Positions 59,510 to 64,000 of a DNA stretch of 64,000 nucleotides are shown piece after piece. A program made the position numbers and the translations under genes. Each line of letters starts with the position of its first letter. Position 1 is the stretch's first letter. The notes beneath the pieces were generated by a model. That model was given only the letters and a program-made list of their open reading frames with translations. It ran no database searches and was not told the origin of the DNA. Origin of the DNA: Macrostomum lignano (taxonomy: Eukaryota); NCBI GenBank assembly GCA_002269645.1, contig NIVC01000871.1, forward strand, positions 48,513-112,512. Direction: 5' to 3'.

Positions 59510-61323
59510 TTGCTTTCTCTTTTCCTCCTCTCCTCTCCCCTCTTCTCTCCCCTCTCTTCTCTTCCCTCTCTTCTCTCCCATCTCTCCTCTCCCCTCTTCT
59601 CTCCCCTCTCTTCTCTTCCCCTCTCTTCTCTCCCCTCTCTTCTCTTCCCTCTCTTCTCTCCCATCTCTCCTCTCCCCTCTTCTCTCCCCTCTCTTCTCTT
59701 CCCCTCTCTTCTCTCTTCTCTCCGCCTCTTCTCTTCCCTCTCTTCTCTTCCCCTCTCTTCTCTCTTCTCTCCGCCTCTTCTCTTCCCTCTCTTCTCTTCC
59801 CCTCTCTTCTCTCTTCTCTCCGCCTCTTCTCTCCCCTCTCTTCTCTTCCCCTCTCTTCTCTCTTCTCTCCGCCTCTTCTCTCCCCTCTCTTCTCTTCCCT
59901 CTCTCCTCTCCCCTCTTCTCTCCCCTCTCTTCTCTCCCTCTCTTCTCTCCGCCTCTTCTCTCCCCTCTCTTCTCTTCCCTCTCTCCTCTCCCCTCTTCTC
60001 TTCCCTCTCTTCTCTCTTCTCTCCGCCTCTTCTCTCCCCTCTTCTCTCCCCTCTCTTTTCTCCCTCTCTTCTCTCCCCTCTCTTCTCTCCCTCTCTTCTC
60101 TCCCTCTCTTTTCTCCCCTCTCTTCTCTTCTCTCCCTCTCTTCTCTCCCTCTCTTCTCTCCCTCTCTTTTCTCCCTCTCTTCTCTCCCTCTCTTCTCTTC
60201 CCTCTCTCCTCTCCCCTCTTCTCTCCCCTCTCTTCTCTCCCTCTCTTTTCTCCCTCTCTTCTCTCCGCCTCTTCTCTCCCCTCTCTTCTCTTCCCTCTCT
60301 CATCTCCCTCTTCTCTTCCCTCTCTTCTCTCTTCTCTCCGCCTCTTCTCTCCCCTCTTCTCTCCCCTCTCTTCTCTTCCCCTCTCTTCTCTCTTCTCTCC
60401 GCCTCTTCTCTCCCCTCTCTTCTCTTCCCTCTCTCCTCTCCCCTCTTCTCTTCCCTCTCTTCTCTCTTCTTTACCTCTTCTCTCTTCTCTCTGCCTCTTC
60501 TCTCCCCTCTCTTCTCTCCCTCTCTTCTCTCCCTCTCTTTTCTCCCTCTCTTCTCTCCCTCTCTTCTCTCCCTCTCTTTTCTCCCTCTCTTCTCTCCCCT
60601 CTCTTCTCTCCCTCTCTTCTCTCCCTCTCTTTTCTCCCCTCTTTCTCTCTTCTCTCCCTCTCTTCTCTCCCTCTCTTCTCTCCCTCTCTTTTCTCTCCTC
60701 TCTTCTCTCCCTCTCTTCTCTTCCCTCTCTCCTCTCCCCTCTTCTCTCCCCTCTCTTCTCTCCCTCTCTTTTCTCCCTCTCTTCTCTCCGCCTCTTCTCT
60801 CCCCTCTCTTCTCTTCCCTCTCTCATCTCCCCTCTTCTCTTCCCTCTCTTCTCTCTTCTCTCCGCCTCTTCTCTCCCCTCTTCTCTCCCCTCTCTTCTCT
60901 TCCCCTCTCTTCTCTCTTCTCTCCGCCTCTTCTCTCCCCTCTCTTCTCTTCCCTCTCTCCTCTCCCCTCTTCTCTTCCCTCTCTTCTCTCTTCTTTACCT
61001 CTTCTCTCTTCTCTCTGCCTCTTCTCTCCCCTCTCTTCTCTCCCTCTCTCTCCCTCTCTTCTCTCCCTCTCTTCTCTCCCTCTCTTCTCTCCCTCTCTTC
61101 TCTCCCTCTCTTCTCTCCCTCTCTTTTCTCCTCTCTTCTCTCCCCTCTCTTCTCTCCCTCTCTTCTCTCCCTCTCTTTCTCCCTCTCTTCTCTCCTCTCT
61201 TCTCTCCCCCTCTTGTCTCTTCTCTCCCTCTCTTCTCTCCCTCTCTTCTCTCCCTCTCTTCTCTCTTCTCTCCCTCTCTTCTCTCCCTCTCTTCTCTCCC
61301 TCTCTTTTCTCCCTCTCTTCTCT

Positions 61324-61367
<44 letters not shown>

Positions 61368-61830
61368 TCTCTTCTCTCTTCTTTACCTCTTCTCTCTTCT
61401 CTCCTCTCTTCTCTCCCTCTCTTCTCTCCCTCTCTTTTCTCCCTCTCTTCTCTCCCTCTCTTCTCTCCCTCTCTTCTCTCCTCTCTTTTCTCCCTCTCTT
61501 CTCTCCCTCTCTTCTCTTCAGACTCTCTTCTCTATTCTTTACCTCTCCTCTCTTCTCTCTGCCTCTTCACTCCCCTCTCTTTTCTCTTCTCTCCCTCTCT
61601 TCTCTCCCTTTCTTCTCTCCCTATCTTATCTTCTATCTTGTCTCCCTCCCTTTTTTCTTCTCTCCCTCTCTTCTCTCCCATTCTCCTCCTCTCCTCTCCC
61701 TCTCTTCTCCCTCTCTTCTCCCTCTCTTCTCTTCTCTCTTGTCTCCTTTTGTTCTTCCTGTCTTCTCTTTCAGAAAACATACAGGCAGACCGGTTTCTTC
61801 CCTTCCCCTCTCTTCTTGTAATTTCCTCCG

Positions 61831-61915
<85 letters not shown>
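59510..61915. repeat. ~2.4-kb polypyrimidine (C/T) tract ending in (CT)n
   Basis: Almost no purines on + over most of its length. Confidence 0.95.
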
Positions 61916-61920
<5 letters not shown>

Positions 61921-62297
61921 TTTTTAATTAAATAATCTCTCGACGGGGCGTCCCTACCTTTCCTGTGCTTTGATATGGGAAATTGGAAAAAATGAAATAA
62001 TTCTTCCTTTTATTTTCGAAATTGCAGTCTTTCAACTGCCTTGGCTGTCAAATTTAATATGAATATTCATCTACTTAAAACTGGCGGGCCTGGCATTGCG
62101 TCTGACCCTGCCTTCCGTCTTCCAGCCCCAGATTTTTTCCGCATCCCCCTACCTTACGTTCGTCAATTCTTGTTAGGAAAAGTGCCTACGATTTAGAGTG
62201 CAAGCCTGACGCGCTGCATCCTTTTATTGTGATTGTCTGCTCACTCCCGTGCGGGCCCTCTGATCTCTCTGACTGTCTGCCGCTGTGCTGAGCAGCT

Positions 62298-62336
62298 TTG
62301 AGTGGATTGCGGGATGTCAGACAGGCCGGCACTAAA

Positions 62337-62397
<61 letters not shown>

Positions 62398-62398
62398 A

Positions 62399-62437
<39 letters not shown>

Positions 62438-62438
62438 A

Positions 62439-62495
<57 letters not shown>

Positions 62496-62625
62496 CTAAG
62501 ACAGAGATAGACAAGACAGCCAGACAGACAGACAGACAGAGACAGACAGACAGACAGACAGCCAGACAGACAGAGACAGACAGACAGCCAGACAGACAGA
62601 GACAGACAGACAGACAGACAGACAG
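62298..62625. repeat. (GACA)n microsatellite
   Basis: Direct reading. Confidence 0.95.
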
Positions 62626-63109
62626 TCTCCTGTGTCAGCAGCCCATGCTTCAATTGAGAAGTGAAAAGCTACTCATCAAAAGTGCATCCTTTTCTATAGC
62701 TACTCAGACTCGATCAGTCAGCCACTGCAAAGCCGTAGCCTCTGCCCGAGTCCATCAGTTGGCGCAGAACTGAGGCTGTTTTCCCCCAACCCGATGGCTG
62801 CTCTCAGCTTTCACTCTGCCCGGTTCAATCCGTCTCTCCCTCTCCCTTACTGGCCTGCTATAAATGGAATTCTGTTTGTAACCGGCGTTTTTTCGAGGCA
62901 GGCTTTTTATTGAGAGGTCTGGCCCACTGTAGCAGAGGTTTTTTGAGACGTTTTTCCCGCCGATTCTGGGCAAATGGGCAACTTTTAGTTGGGGATGAAT
63001 AGGAAATGTTTATTTATTAGCTTTCGATTCTTTTCACGTGGCAGCCAATTTCTTGATGTCAATATCGACAGCCATCAATGCCGTTAACTTTTCTACAAAG
63101 CGCAATTTT

Positions 63110-63650
63110 ATTTCTACCGATATGTATTGTAAATAGCTTCACACACAGCAATCAACATGCCTACGCGATATGTAGCGTAGATAGCTTCACATACATGAAT
63201 CAACATGCCTACCGATATGTAGGGTGAATAGCTTTTGCACATATGAATCTTCATGCCTACCAATATGTAGCGTAAGTGGCTTTTACTCACAGGAATCAGC
63301 ATGCCTACCGATATGTAGCGTAAATAGCTTCACATACATGAATCAACATGCCTACCGATATGTATCGTAAAAAGCTTCATACACGGGAATCAACATGCCT
63401 ACTGATGTGTAGCGTGAATAGCTTTTGCATTCAGGAATCTTCATGCCTACCGATATGTAGCGTAAATGGCTTTTGCTCACGGGAATCAAAATGCCTACCG
63501 ACATGTATTGTAAGTAGCTTCACACCTAGGAATCAATAGGCCTTCTGAGATATAGCTTAAATAGATTTTACACAGAAATCAACAAGCCTACCGATATGTA
63601 GCGTAAATGGCTTTTGCACTTAAGAATCTTCATGTCTACGATATGTAGCG
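63110..63650. repeat. Diverged ~48-bp array, same family as 58730-59075
   Basis: Shared core ATGCCTACCGATATGTAGCGTAAAT. Confidence 0.88.
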
Positions 63651-64000
63651 CAAATGGCCTAAGGTATTTTCAGCCAGTTTAGCAGACCGGATTTACTGTC
63701 TATCAGGTTTACTCCCCACTTTCCTCTGTACCGGTTGTAGCTAATAATTAAAAGGTTAATTAAAAGTTAAAAATAATTTTTTGAACGTGCAGTCGGACGA
63801 ATCAGAGGTTTCCAAAATTTGAGTAGTTGCTGACTGACGGATCTAGCTAGTGGAGAGCACAGAGCAGACTTGATCTTAGCTTTGCACGCATGATCTGCAG
63901 TGGCGGATTACGAGTATGATGGGGAGTTCCTAGGCTTATTCTTAAGTCAGGCTGGGCTGAAGGCTCCTGTCCTAGGAGCCCTAGGGGGATTTACGAAAAT

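Noticed and set aside
62170-62920. Possible terminal exon(s) of the RING ligase (e.g. tatag|CTACTCAGAC at ~62701)
   Set aside because: Phase does not match the exon-5 donor and no conserved motif; left unresolved
63898-64000. CAGTGGCGGATT start resembling a hAT-type MITE terminus
   Set aside because: Partner terminus would lie outside the window; cannot be verified

Overview
Eukaryotic, animal, minisatellite-rich genomic window. GC-rich exons and an array in nearly every intron suggest a flatworm such as Macrostomum, which is inference only. Host genes: (1) the 3' two-thirds of MADD/aex-3 (DENN Rab3 GEF) on +, 16 exons, 499-17286; (2) an essentially intronless ENaC/DEG channel on +, 21036/21102-22803, with one frame break; (3) a 7-exon ZU5-ZU5-UPA-death-domain gene on -, 43813->27534, 5' end unresolved; (4) a Goliath/GRAIL-family TM-RING-H2 E3 ligase on +, 51940->59479+, with a 1-bp homopolymer frameshift in the RING. 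Mobile DNA: a young, intact 8993-bp Ty3/Gypsy LTR retrotransposon (33013-42005, -) in an intron of gene 3; a 1051-bp MITE with 295-bp TIRs and an 8-bp TSD; a decayed EnSpm/CACTA-type SAMD3-like ORF with a CIDE-N-like segment; a mariner-type MITE; Penelope and Gypsy relics; and a tRNA-like SINE family occurring as inverted pairs. The best candidate for an undescribed system is the Gypsy element. It has gag, a -1 frameshift with a predicted pseudoknot, pol, and a third non-env ORF preceded by a textbook splice acceptor encoded in the last pol codons. It also carries a second PBS-like motif inside each LTR. Most long ORFs in the supplied track are translations of tandem repeats. All exon boundaries, alignments and motif matches were read by eye; no searches were run.
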